Of a DNA stretch of 64,000 nucleotides, positions 46,882-56,097 are shown in pieces; positions within the stretch are counted from its first letter, which is position 1; every line of letters begins with the position of its first letter. Source of the DNA: an archaeon GW2011_AR15 (GTDB lineage: Archaea; Nanobdellota; Nanobdellia; Woesearchaeales; GW2011-AR15); NCBI GenBank assembly GCA_000830295.1, contig CP010425.1, positions 96,001-160,000 of the forward strand, written 5' to 3'. A model generated the notes under the pieces. It made no database searches, was not told the origin of the DNA, and saw nothing but the letters and a program-made list of their open reading frames with translations. The position numbers and the translations under genes were made by a program.

Positions 46882-47483
46882 AGATACTTGCGGCCGGCGA
46901 TATCCACGGCGACATGGGGCTGGCAAAGAAGCTGGCAAAGAAAGCAGAAGACGAGAAAGTAGACTTAGTCATATTGTGCGGCGACCTGACCTACAGGGAG
47001 CAGAGCACAGAGAATATTGTGGGTCCTTTTGTCAAGAAGAAAAAAAGAGTCCTGATTATCCCGGGGAACCATGAATCTGTCGCCACTGCTGATTTCCTCG
47101 CAGAGTTGTATGGCGTGAAAAACCTCCATGGATATTCTGTGAAATACGATAATATCGGCATATTCGGGGCAGGCGGCGCCAATATAGGCCCTTTCTCAAA
47201 GATGACAGACAAGGAAATATATGACCTGCTCAAGCAGGGCCATGACAGGCTGAAGGACATAGAGAAGAAAATAATGGTAACACATGTGCACCCTACAGAA
47301 AGCAAAATGGAGAAGCTATCTGAATTTGTGCCTGGAAGCAGCGGAGTGAAAAAGGCCATTGAAAAATTCAAGCCGGATATATTATTGTGCAGCCATGTCC
47401 ACGAGGCAGAAGGCATAGAGGAAGTCATCGGAAGCACAAAAGTCTTCAATGTCGGCAGGCATGGAAGGATAATTGATATATAG
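46878..47483 (+). CDS. Calcineurin-like metallophosphoesterase
   Basis: GDIHG, GDL, PGNHE, THVHP, SHVHE. Confidence 0.9.
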   Translation: MKILAAGDIHGDMGLAKKLAKKAEDEKVDLVILCGDLTYREQSTENIVGPFVKKKKRVLIIPGNHESVATADFLAELYGVKNLHGYSVKYDNIGIFGAGGANIGPFSKMTDKEIYDLLKQGHDRLKDIEKKIMVTHVHPTESKMEKLSEFVPGSSGVKKAIEKFKPDILLCSHVHEAEGIEEVIGSTKVFNVGRHGRIIDI

Positions 47484-47504
47484 TCCTCTATTTTCTTGTA
47501 CGCT

Positions 47505-48671
47505 ATGGAAGAGACAGTTTACGAGCCGCGTGAAGACTCTTACCTACTGCAGAAATATGTTGAGGAATACTCAAAAGGCTCAGTGCTTGACATGGGCACC
47601 GGCTCAGGGATACAGGCAATAGCCGCTGCAAAAAACGCCAGAGGGGTCATTGCTGCTGACATAAATCCTGAAGCTGTAAATCAGACCAGGCTTACCGCAG
47701 AGATAGAGAAGCTGAAGAACATTAAAGCAGTTGAATCTGACCTGTTTGAAAAAGTTCCTAAAAAGAAATTTGACCTCATATGCTTTAACCCGCCTTATCT
47801 GCCCAAAGAAAAGAATATTGATGATATTGCGCTTTTCTCTGCCAGGAGAGGAACAGGGACAACTACAAAATTTCTTGACAGCGCTGCTGATTACCTGAAA
47901 AAAGACGGCATTATCCTGCTTGTCAACTCATCAATTGCAGACCAAAATAAAATAAACAAAGCCCTTGAAGAAAACCTTCTGGATTCTGTAGTTGTAGAAA
48001 AGGAGCACAGGTTTTTCGAGGATATTTTTGTGATGAGGATAACCAAATCGCCTCTGCTGAAAAAGCTTGATGAACTCGGTATCAGGCATGCGATGGTGTT
48101 TGCGCACGGCAAGAGAGGAGTCATAATAGCCGGGGATTACAAGAAGAAGAAAGTTGCGGTAAAAGTAAAAAAAACAGGAAGCACAGCACAGGGCACGATA
48201 GAGAATGAGGCGTCTTTCCTGAAAAAGCTGAACAGGAAAGGCATTGGGCCAAAATTAATCATGGCTGAAAAGGACTTCCTGGTGTATGAATTTGCAGAAG
48301 GGAGTTTCATTGAGGAATTCTTTGAAAAGGGCTCAAAAAGAGATATTATACTTGTGCTGAAGAAATTATTTGAGCAGCTTTACACTATGGATAAAATGGG
48401 CATAAACAAGTTTGAGATGCATCACCCTGTCAAGCATATAATCATAAAAAATAATTCTCCTGTTCTTATTGATTTTGAACGATGCAGATATACAGAAGAG
48501 CCAAAGAATGTAACCCAGTTCTGCGATTTCCTGATTGGAGACAGGGTCACTGGACATTTGAAGAAAAAAAATATAAATCTGGACAAGACAAGGATAATTG
48601 AATTAGCAAGGCAGTACAAAGAAAATCAGACTAAGGCTAATTTCATGAAAATACTGGAGGAATTAAAATGA
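47505..48671 (+). CDS. HemK2/Mtq2-type methyltransferase fused to a Ser/Thr kinase-like domain
   Basis: VYEPREDS, LDMGTGSG, FNPPY; then GKRG, VAVK, NEA.FL...N..GIGP, LIDFE. Confidence 0.85.
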   Translation: MEETVYEPREDSYLLQKYVEEYSKGSVLDMGTGSGIQAIAAAKNARGVIAADINPEAVNQTRLTAEIEKLKNIKAVESDLFEKVPKKKFDLICFNPPYLPKEKNIDDIALFSARRGTGTTTKFLDSAADYLKKDGIILLVNSSIADQNKINKALEENLLDSVVVEKEHRFFEDIFVMRITKSPLLKKLDELGIRHAMVFAHGKRGVIIAGDYKKKKVAVKVKKTGSTAQGTIENEASFLKKLNRKGIGPKLIMAEKDFLVYEFAEGSFIEEFFEKGSKRDIILVLKKLFEQLYTMDKMGINKFEMHHPVKHIIIKNNSPVLIDFERCRYTEEPKNVTQFCDFLIGDRVTGHLKKKNINLDKTRIIELARQYKENQTKANFMKILEELK

Positions 48672-48979
48672 GCCTGTCAGAAAGAGCATACAGATTGCTG
48701 AAAAAAGTTCCGAAGGGAAAAGTAACAACATATAAGGAAATGGCAAGAGCCCTTAACACAAAAGCATACAGGGCAATCGGCCAGATAATGAGGCACAATC
48801 CGGATGCCCCGCATACTCCATGCCACAGGTGCGTTGCCTCTGACGGAAGCATTGGTGGGTTTTCCGGGCAGACAAAAGGAAAAGAGATTTCCAGAAAAAT
48901 AAGCATGCTGAAAAAAGAGGGAGTTAAGTTTGAGGGGAACAGAATAAAGAATTTTGAAAAAGTCTTATACAGGTTCTAA
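48668..48979 (+). CDS. O6-alkylguanine DNA alkyltransferase C-terminal domain protein (MGMT family)
   Basis: VPKGKVTTY, RAIG, PCHR active-site motif. Confidence 0.9.
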   Translation: MSLSERAYRLLKKVPKGKVTTYKEMARALNTKAYRAIGQIMRHNPDAPHTPCHRCVASDGSIGGFSGQTKGKEISRKISMLKKEGVKFEGNRIKNFEKVLYRF

Positions 48980-49905
48980 TCCTTTGACTTTTTCTTCAGC
49001 TTCTTTATCTCGTTCTCAAGGTCCAGCTTGTCAAGAAGCTCCTTATACCTGTTCCTGATAGTAACTTCTGTTACGCCGGCAACATCAGCAACTTCCCTCT
49101 GGGTTCTTTTCTCGCCGTTAATCAGGGCAGCGACATAAAGCCCTGCTGCTGCGATTCCTGTAGGCCCTCTCCCTGAGGTGAGCTCCTGCTTCTGCGCCAT
49201 CTCGATTATCTCGACAGCCTTGCTCTGCGTCTTTGGAGACAGCTTCAGTGAACTGGAAAATCTTGGTATATAATCAATAGGGTTGCTCGGCAGTATTGAG
49301 ATTGCAAGCTCCCTTGTTATGAACCTGTAGGTCCTCCCGACTTCCTTTTTCTCGATGCCTGATGCCTCGCTAAGCTCGTCTAAAGTCCTGGGCACTTCAT
49401 GGCGCCTGCATGCTGCATACAATGCTCCTGCAACAACGCTCTCCATGCTCCTTCCCCTTACAAGCCCCCTCTGAACAGCCATTGTATATATCCTTGCTGC
49501 CTCTTCCTCAACTGATTTGGGAAGCTTTAGGTATGATGAAACCCTCTTCAGCTCTGCCAGGGCAAGCTTTAGGTTCCTCTCTATGGCTGTTGATATCCTG
49601 TACTGCCATTTCCTTAACCTGAAAAACTTGTTCTTTGACTTGTTTGTAAGAGAATAAAGGTCTGCCTTTCTTCCGACTTCTGTCCCAAGCCCCTGGTCAT
49701 ACTGCGTGTATGTTATGGGCGCCCCAGTCCTTCTTCTGCTCTCGCCTGAATCAGAATCGAACTCACGCCATTCCTGGCCGAAGTCCACCATCTTTTCCTC
49801 GACAACAAGACCGCAGTCCTTACAGATGACTTCGCCTTTCTCTTTGTTCCAGAATAAATTAACTCCCCCGCATTCAGGGCACTTTCTCACAATATCTCTA
49901 TCCAC
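48976..49905 (-). CDS. tfb: Transcription initiation factor IIB
   Basis: CPECG...CKDCG Zn ribbon, EWREF, two cyclin repeats, VTEVTIRNRYKEL. Confidence 0.97.
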   Translation of the reverse strand: MDRDIVRKCPECGGVNLFWNKEKGEVICKDCGLVVEEKMVDFGQEWREFDSDSGESRRRTGAPITYTQYDQGLGTEVGRKADLYSLTNKSKNKFFRLRKWQYRISTAIERNLKLALAELKRVSSYLKLPKSVEEEAARIYTMAVQRGLVRGRSMESVVAGALYAACRRHEVPRTLDELSEASGIEKKEVGRTYRFITRELAISILPSNPIDYIPRFSSSLKLSPKTQSKAVEIIEMAQKQELTSGRGPTGIAAAGLYVAALINGEKRTQREVADVAGVTEVTIRNRYKELLDKLDLENEIKKLKKKSKD

Positions 49906-50171
49906 CCTTCACACCCCCACCTATTAGTAAAAACATTAAGTTTAAAAAATGAACAATGAGAAGATTTAAAAAGCTTTCGGTTGCCTGGACTTTCTGCCCA
50001 AAATTGAAATTAAAAAATAAAGTATATTAGAAAGGAGGAGTCGGGTATAATCCCTGGCCTCCTTTCCGTTGTTATAGTATAAGAATAGTTATAACTTATA
50101 TATAAATTTACTGGAATATTACAGGAATATTATTGGGATAATACCCTAATATTACTTAAATTATATTAAGA

Positions 50172-50756
50172 TTATAATACTATTTTATCAAACATATCAT
50201 CTAAACGAATAACTTTATCCGCCGATCTCATAGTTTCATCTCCTAGAGCAGAAATAAACGAAACAACCCATACTCTCACTCCTTTTTTCTTTATATAATT
50301 TATCGCATCTTCAAAATCGTTATCTCCACTTACTATGATTGCAATATCATATGCTTTCTCGAATGCTAAACCCATTATGTCAGTAGCTAAAGAAACATCA
50401 ACACCTTTCTGATATGGGATGTTCGTATCGACTTTCTTACAATGTTTACATTCATTTTTTTTATACCTTAAATCTTTGGTTACTATAGTAACACCTAATC
50501 CACGCAGCATATCAAAAAAACCCTGTTTTTTATCACCTATTGGATTTGGTATAGCATCGTAGAAATATCCCCTAATATAGTGTGTATCTTTCGTAATTTC
50601 TTTTAGAAGTTTTGCGTAATCAAGTTTCTTCATTAACTCCTCTTTTTTAGATGCTCCACTTGTCTTTGTATATCCCTTTTGCTTACAATATGTCCACCAA
50701 CCACCTAATATATTACTTGCGTCAATAAAAACCATGCTCTTGTTTTCGGTTGCCAT
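50172..50756 (-). CDS. NYN (LabA/DUF88, PIN-like) domain protein
   Basis: VFIDASN, QKGVDVSLATD, VSGDNDF; CxxC insert; AT-rich. Confidence 0.9.
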   Translation of the reverse strand: MATENKSMVFIDASNILGGWWTYCKQKGYTKTSGASKKEELMKKLDYAKLLKEITKDTHYIRGYFYDAIPNPIGDKKQGFFDMLRGLGVTIVTKDLRYKKNECKHCKKVDTNIPYQKGVDVSLATDIMGLAFEKAYDIAIIVSGDNDFEDAINYIKKKGVRVWVVSFISALGDETMRSADKVIRLDDMFDKIVL

Positions 50757-50807
50757 CTTCAAAATAATAAGGGACCTATTTATAAATATTATGAAACAGA
50801 ATAACTT

Positions 50808-51035
50808 TTATTGATTATATTTAATTATGAAAGCAACTATCAGAGAGCCTAATGCAGCAATAAACCAATATCCTCCTCTCAATAAATCTATATCCTCTGT
50901 ATTATGAGTGGCACTTTGGAAGAACATGCCGTTACCGAATGCCAAGTTTATATATTGAGCCAAACAAATTAGACCAACTATAAAGAATACCCAGCCCAGC
51001 ATAATTACTGGATTTAATTGTGCTTTCTTGTTCAT
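50808..51035 (-). CDS. Small membrane protein with class III signal peptide-like N-terminus
   Basis: MNKKAQ followed by a hydrophobic helix; second TM at the C-terminus. Confidence 0.55.
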   Translation of the reverse strand: MNKKAQLNPVIMLGWVFFIVGLICLAQYINLAFGNGMFFQSATHNTEDIDLLRGGYWFIAALGSLIVAFIIKYNQ

Positions 51036-51168
51036 GTTTGTGTAACTTATCTTATTAACTATATAAGTCTGTGCTAACATAATGTTAACAAAATTACTTT
51101 CCGCACACCGCTTTGGGTTTCTAAACAGGCCCTGATTTTTGCACAAAGTCGGTTGCTCAGACTTTGTT

Positions 51169-51966
51169 CTAATAAGAAACAATAATCTCCTTGGCAATAT
51201 TAGTCAGGTATCCGCCTGCTTTCTTCATGACCTTGAGTGTCTGTTCATGGCTGACAATCATGTCTTTTGAGAGCCCTTCTGCATAATTGACATTAGAGGC
51301 AATGGCTGCAAACGGGATATTCATCTGCTTCAGCAGCATAACCTCTGGAACTGTTGTCATGCCTACTACCCGCATGGCATTAAGGCATCTTGTCTCCTTT
51401 TCTAAAACTTTTATCTCTTCAGGGGTTTCAAAAGCATCCCCGCCGTTGTAGATGTATACCCCTTTCATCATATCATATCCTGCAGCCTTTATTGCGCTGA
51501 ATACCCTCACTATAAGCTTTGGATCAAAAGGCTCTCCCATGCTAGGATGGACATTAAGGGCACTGGCTCCAAAACTGTGCTGGGAAGCTGCAACTCCCCT
51601 TACATAAGAATAGGGCACAACAAAGCAGCCCTTGTCTGCCAGTGGTATCTGCATGTCAAGAGCGCCGACAGCAGTAGTGCCATAGACTGCCTGGACACCA
51701 AGTTTGTAAAGCTGCCAGATATTGGCCTCATACCCTCTCTGCCTCACAAGTTCTGCAGGGGTCCTTGTCGGCTTGCCTCCTTCTGACTCGCCATGCCTCG
51801 GAAGGATAACTACATTTGTATTCCCGTGCTTTCCTGTATAATATGAAAGAACTGTGCCGAATTCATTTGCAACATGTTCGTGCTGCGTAACTTCTGCAAG
51901 AAGGCCTTCAAGCCCCTGCGCAAGACCGCTGCCGCCGATAAAAGCTACTGTTTTAGATTCAGCCAT
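51169..51966 (-). CDS. MTAP/purine nucleoside phosphorylase family
   Basis: FIGGSGL, LPRHG, ANIWQL, FETPEE, VGMT, NYAEG. Confidence 0.9.
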   Translation of the reverse strand: MAESKTVAFIGGSGLAQGLEGLLAEVTQHEHVANEFGTVLSYYTGKHGNTNVVILPRHGESEGGKPTRTPAELVRQRGYEANIWQLYKLGVQAVYGTTAVGALDMQIPLADKGCFVVPYSYVRGVAASQHSFGASALNVHPSMGEPFDPKLIVRVFSAIKAAGYDMMKGVYIYNGGDAFETPEEIKVLEKETRCLNAMRVVGMTTVPEVMLLKQMNIPFAAIASNVNYAEGLSKDMIVSHEQTLKVMKKAGGYLTNIAKEIIVSY

Positions 51967-51991
51967 TTAAGGCAAGAGAAATATGTTATAT

Positions 51992-52300
51992 TTATAGCTT
52001 TTCAAAAACATACGGCTTCATCCTGCAGACTTTTTCAAGGTATTGCACTGCCTGCTCCCTTAAAGGCTCCAGTGTTTCCCATCCATATAAGTAGTCGTCA
52101 GGTGCATACGCTATGTCAACTAGTTTACCGCTCCCGTTGCTAATTACTACCCTTATATGCTGCAAACCAATATCAGTAACATCCTTAATCCAAAAAACAA
52201 TATCTGATTTTCTTAAATCCTTTTGTCCAAAATACTGCACAGCCTGCTCAATATGGGAATCCAGATCGCTATGCAATTCAGAATAAAATCCCTTTTGCAT
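51992..52300 (-). CDS. Hypothetical protein
   Basis: TATA tttatata upstream. Confidence 0.5.
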   Translation of the reverse strand: MQKGFYSELHSDLDSHIEQAVQYFGQKDLRKSDIVFWIKDVTDIGLQHIRVVISNGSGKLVDIAYAPDDYLYGWETLEPLREQAVQYLEKVCRMKPYVFEKL

Positions 52301-52387
52301 AACGAGGGGAAGGTAAATTTATATAAAAATCTATTTCCTGGCGCTCATTAGAAAATTTTATATATTCTTTAAACAAATGGAGGACTG

Positions 52388-52996
52388 ATGAATAAGAACT
52401 ATCTCTTCATGGCTGCCTTATTGCTTGTCCTAAGCTCATGCACTTTTGCAGGGAACGGAGGCGGCCCGGAGCTTCCTGAAGAGATGCATCTGTGGGCTGT
52501 GTCTGCAGAGGCAAGTGACTCTTATGGGGGTGCATTCGGCGGAAACAGGGATGACCAGAGCGCTTTTGCAGCAACAGGAGAATCAGATGTAGCGGAATGC
52601 GGGGACAACCCAAGGGCATGGGTCATCAGCCAGGAGGATGACGGCCTGCACTGGATTGAGCTTACATATGACAAGTTTGTCTATGTCTCAGGAATAAAAG
52701 TTGCAGAATCATTCAGCCCCGGTGCTGTTGTGAAGATAGAGCTGAAAAACGGCTCAGATTATTTTACAATGTGGGAAGGAAAGTACACAACAAAGACATG
52801 CCCCTATGTGCTCGAGAGAAAATACAGCGCAATGGAAGGCAACATAACACTGAACATGACCCCCTTCAACACAGACACAGTAAGGATTACCCTGGATACT
52901 GATGTGCCTGGATGGAACGAGATAGATGTTGTCCAGCTCAGCGGATATGCGCAGAAATGGTATTTGTTCAACAGCACGCTTGTTATAGAAGAATAA
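52388..52996 (+). CDS. Lipoprotein with discoidin/F5-8C-like jelly-roll domain
   Basis: Lipobox LSSC; WA..A.AS, ATG..D...CGD...AW, WIEL.Y, WNEID.V.L.G. Confidence 0.7.
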   Translation: MNKNYLFMAALLLVLSSCTFAGNGGGPELPEEMHLWAVSAEASDSYGGAFGGNRDDQSAFAATGESDVAECGDNPRAWVISQEDDGLHWIELTYDKFVYVSGIKVAESFSPGAVVKIELKNGSDYFTMWEGKYTTKTCPYVLERKYSAMEGNITLNMTPFNTDTVRITLDTDVPGWNEIDVVQLSGYAQKWYLFNSTLVIEE

Positions 52997-52998
52997 GC

Positions 52999-53553
52999 TT
53001 ATCTTCCTACAAATATAAGATACTTCTCATCGCCCTGAAGCTCTGAAAGTATCCTCTTTATTATTATCTTTACCGGGTCAGGCATCAGCTTGACTCTTGC
53101 CTTAAGGTCATCAAAACTCTTGAAAGGCTCTATTCTCCTCTCTTCAACAATTTCCCACATGTGCTTTTTTCCGAGTCCTGGAAGAAGCTCAAGCACATGC
53201 ATCCTTGTCGTAAGCGGCTGTGCCTTGTTATAGAAATCCAGATACCTCTGCGGGTTGCTCATTACAATCTCCTTGACAACAAGCTCAAGCTCTGCTTTTG
53301 CTGTTGCTGTCAGCTTGTTGGGGTCAAGCTTGCCATTGACATGGTGTATCTTATCACGCTTGCCCTCTCCTATATAGACCTCATCATGGATATTAAGAGT
53401 AATATCTTTCTTTGGGACTGCTTCCAGCAAAACAAGGGTTGTTTTCCCCAGAGCCTGGACTATTGCAGTCTTCCTGTAGCTTGGGGTATTGTCGAAAGCA
53501 TACCCGTGAGGAAGGTAGTCCAGCACTATTGCGTATTCTTCTTTTTGCATCAT
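52999..53553 (-). CDS. DUF655 putative RNA-binding protein
   Basis: EEYAIVLDYLPHG, TTRMHVLELLPGLGKK; conserved rpl21e-rpo4-DUF655 gene order. Confidence 0.9.
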   Translation of the reverse strand: MMQKEEYAIVLDYLPHGYAFDNTPSYRKTAIVQALGKTTLVLLEAVPKKDITLNIHDEVYIGEGKRDKIHHVNGKLDPNKLTATAKAELELVVKEIVMSNPQRYLDFYNKAQPLTTRMHVLELLPGLGKKHMWEIVEERRIEPFKSFDDLKARVKLMPDPVKIIIKRILSELQGDEKYLIFVGR

Positions 53554-53602
53554 TTTTGGTTATTGGTGAGAAATATTTAAATGTTTGCGCTGAAAGTTCT
53601 TT

Positions 53603-53953
53603 TCAGCTGTTAGGAATGTATTTCTTGAGTGTAGAAATCATTTTTTCCATGTTCTCTTTATTGACGGTAAGCGTGTATCCCTGAAGTATGACTTTCAGCT
53701 CCTCGACACTTGCAGGCAGAAGGTCCAGTATTTTTTTTACATGGACTTCCTTAAGCCTTGGGACCTCCAGTTTCAGCAGCTCTTCTTCAAGTGCTTCTGC
53801 ATCTTTTGGCTTTAGGATAACAAAGTTGTTCAGGTATTCCTCTGTCTTTGCAGCCCTGACTGAAAGCTCTTCATCTCTCTTCTTTATCTTTGTCATCTCT
53901 TTCTTGAGATCATAGATACTGATAGGGACTTCTTCCTGCATCTTAGGCTTCAT
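53603..53953 (-). CDS. rpo4: RNA polymerase subunit Rpo4 (F)
   Basis: KKILDLLP...EELKVIL; synteny with rpl21e. Confidence 0.9.
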   Translation of the reverse strand: MKPKMQEEVPISIYDLKKEMTKIKKRDEELSVRAAKTEEYLNNFVILKPKDAEALEEELLKLEVPRLKEVHVKKILDLLPASVEELKVILQGYTLTVNKENMEKMISTLKKYIPNS

Positions 53954-54243
53954 TTTTCAGACCTCTTAAGATGAATAGGATGGACAATAAGAAGCTTTTC
54001 TTTTCTGCCGTCTTTTATGAGAACTTCATAGCATTCTCCTCTTTTGCCGAGGACCATGCCTGATTTTCCATGAAACCTTGGATAATACATGCCATTCTGG
54101 TAAGCCGGCTCTGCTTTCATGACTACTTTTTCTCCATTTTTAAATTCCTGGAAAAATTTCCTCAGAGAGATTTTGCCCTTTTCCTTATGGCCTTTGCTGA
54201 GCTTTCCTCTGGTTTTCCTTCTGAAAGATCCATGGTGTTGCAT
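53950..54243 (-). CDS. rpl21e: 50S ribosomal protein eL21
   Basis: GSFRRKTR, PRFHGKSG, HPIHLK. Confidence 0.95.
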   Translation of the reverse strand: MQHHGSFRRKTRGKLSKGHKEKGKISLRKFFQEFKNGEKVVMKAEPAYQNGMYYPRFHGKSGMVLGKRGECYEVLIKDGRKEKLLIVHPIHLKRSEK

Positions 54244-54285
54244 AGTGCTGAGAAAAAAGACACAGTTTATAAAGATTATGATTGG

Positions 54286-55374
54286 CTATCTGAGGTGGAG
54301 CTCGACAATATCCCTGTCCTGGAGCTCATGCGCCAGCTTTGTAATTTTCTGGCCGTCATACTTTACAGAGCCCCATATCCTAGCAAACCTGAATTTTTTC
54401 ACAAACTCCCTGTGAAGCTTGATGCAGAGCTCATTGAGCCTGTCCCCCTGCCTCATTATCAGCGGCTCTTTCACGTCTGCCTCTTTTCCGGGCTGCTTCA
54501 GGTAAATCCTTATCATTTTCAGGCCGCTGAATATCTTTTCTTTCAGCTCTTCGAGATTAATTCCCAGCTCTGCTGAGACGAATATTGCCTCAGGATATCT
54601 CGCTTTCGCCTCCTGGAGCTTTTCCTCGGAAACAGTTTCCATTTTGTTTACTATCACTATGCCGGGCAGGTATTTCTTATTGCCTTCAACAACATCTATA
54701 AGCTCATCATCGTTTATTCTGGTCCTTATAAGCACGTCTGCGTTTGTTACTTTAAATTCATTCAGTATCCCCTCAAAGGTCTTCCTGTCTATGTCAAGAG
54801 GCACTGTAGAATTTACTGAAATCCCTCCTTTTGGCGTCTTCTTTATCTTGACATCGGGCATTTTTTTGTTCAGCCTGAAGCCTGAATCATAGAGCTCTTT
54901 CTGGACTATCTTATAATGGTCAAGCCTATTGATATCAATGAGAATCATTATCATGTCTGCTGACCTTATTGCAGCAAGCACTTCCTTTCCCCTTCCTGTT
55001 CCCTCTGCTGCCCCGCCCACAATTCCCGGGACGTCAAATATCTGTATCTGGGCACTCTTGTATTCAAGCATACCCGGTATGACTGTCAGCGTAGTGAATT
55101 CGTATTCTGCAACTTTTGATTCTGCGTTTGTCAGCTTATTGAGAAGAGTTGACTTGCCTACTGACGGATAGCCCACCAGGACAACTGTGGCATCGCCTGT
55201 TTTCTTCAGTACAAAGCCCTCGCTTTTTCCCTTCCCTCTTTTTTTTGTCTCTATCTCTTCCTTGAGCTTGGCTATCTTAGCCTTGACAAGGCCCACGTGG
55301 TGCTGTGTCCTCTTGTTGTATTTTGTTGTCGAAAGCTCTTCCTCAAGCTCTTTTATCTTATCTTCTCTGGACAT
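54286..55374 (-). CDS. DRG-family OBG GTPase with TGS domain
   Basis: YNKRTQHH.G..KAK.AKL, GYPSVGKST, YEFTT, DVPG, GRGKEV, NKME. Confidence 0.95.
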   Translation of the reverse strand: MSREDKIKELEEELSTTKYNKRTQHHVGLVKAKIAKLKEEIETKKRGKGKSEGFVLKKTGDATVVLVGYPSVGKSTLLNKLTNAESKVAEYEFTTLTVIPGMLEYKSAQIQIFDVPGIVGGAAEGTGRGKEVLAAIRSADMIMILIDINRLDHYKIVQKELYDSGFRLNKKMPDVKIKKTPKGGISVNSTVPLDIDRKTFEGILNEFKVTNADVLIRTRINDDELIDVVEGNKKYLPGIVIVNKMETVSEEKLQEAKARYPEAIFVSAELGINLEELKEKIFSGLKMIRIYLKQPGKEADVKEPLIMRQGDRLNELCIKLHREFVKKFRFARIWGSVKYDGQKITKLAHELQDRDIVELHLR

Positions 55375-55466
55375 ATACACAATTAGAAAACTATCCCTTA
55401 TAAAAAGATTTATGGAAATACAGAAAAAACAGGGATATAAAAAAATCTGTTCAGAAACTGATTATG

Positions 55467-55970
55467 TCATCTGTCACTTCCAGCTTTGGCTTCGTAGCTG
55501 ACTCCCCTAATCTTTTCTACTTCTTTCCTTAGCCCTGCTATGTAGCGCGGCTCCCTGCCGTTGTATTCTACTTTCACGTCATAAGGTGTTACTTTAACCC
55601 TTACATCATAATTCTTGCCTAGAGTCCATTCTATCTCTCCCAGTGTAACCCTCAATAAGTCACTATAGTGGGGCTCATCTTCCTCATGTTTGGGAGTTTT
55701 ATTTGCTTTGTGCACGCCGGGAGAGCCGCCTTTCCTTTCAATCTCATAATTCTTCTTGTAAAGCTCCAGAACATCTCTTTTCGTTGCATGGCCCAGGCTG
55801 GCTGTCCTCATATTATCTATCTCCAGGCCCTCTAAAAACTCCCCGGTCTGCCTTGATATATCAGAGTAGTCGAAATTGTATAGTTCTACTTTAACATCGC
55901 TCGGGTCCGGAAGATGCTTTAATATTTTTTCAAGATCAGAAGGCTCCATTTGTTGAAGAATTGTTAGCAT
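55467..55970 (-). CDS. Hypothetical protein
   Basis: SD ggtga and TATA upstream. Confidence 0.55.
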   Translation of the reverse strand: MLTILQQMEPSDLEKILKHLPDPSDVKVELYNFDYSDISRQTGEFLEGLEIDNMRTASLGHATKRDVLELYKKNYEIERKGGSPGVHKANKTPKHEEDEPHYSDLLRVTLGEIEWTLGKNYDVRVKVTPYDVKVEYNGREPRYIAGLRKEVEKIRGVSYEAKAGSDR

Positions 55971-56097
55971 TGTATCACCCTGTTTACCCCCAAACTTATC
56001 TTATATTTAAAGATTTGCCAACTTTCTTCGTCGCATTAAAAAAGATTTAAATATTAATACCAAATCTTTTAAAAAATAAAGATTAGGGGGTTAAAAC

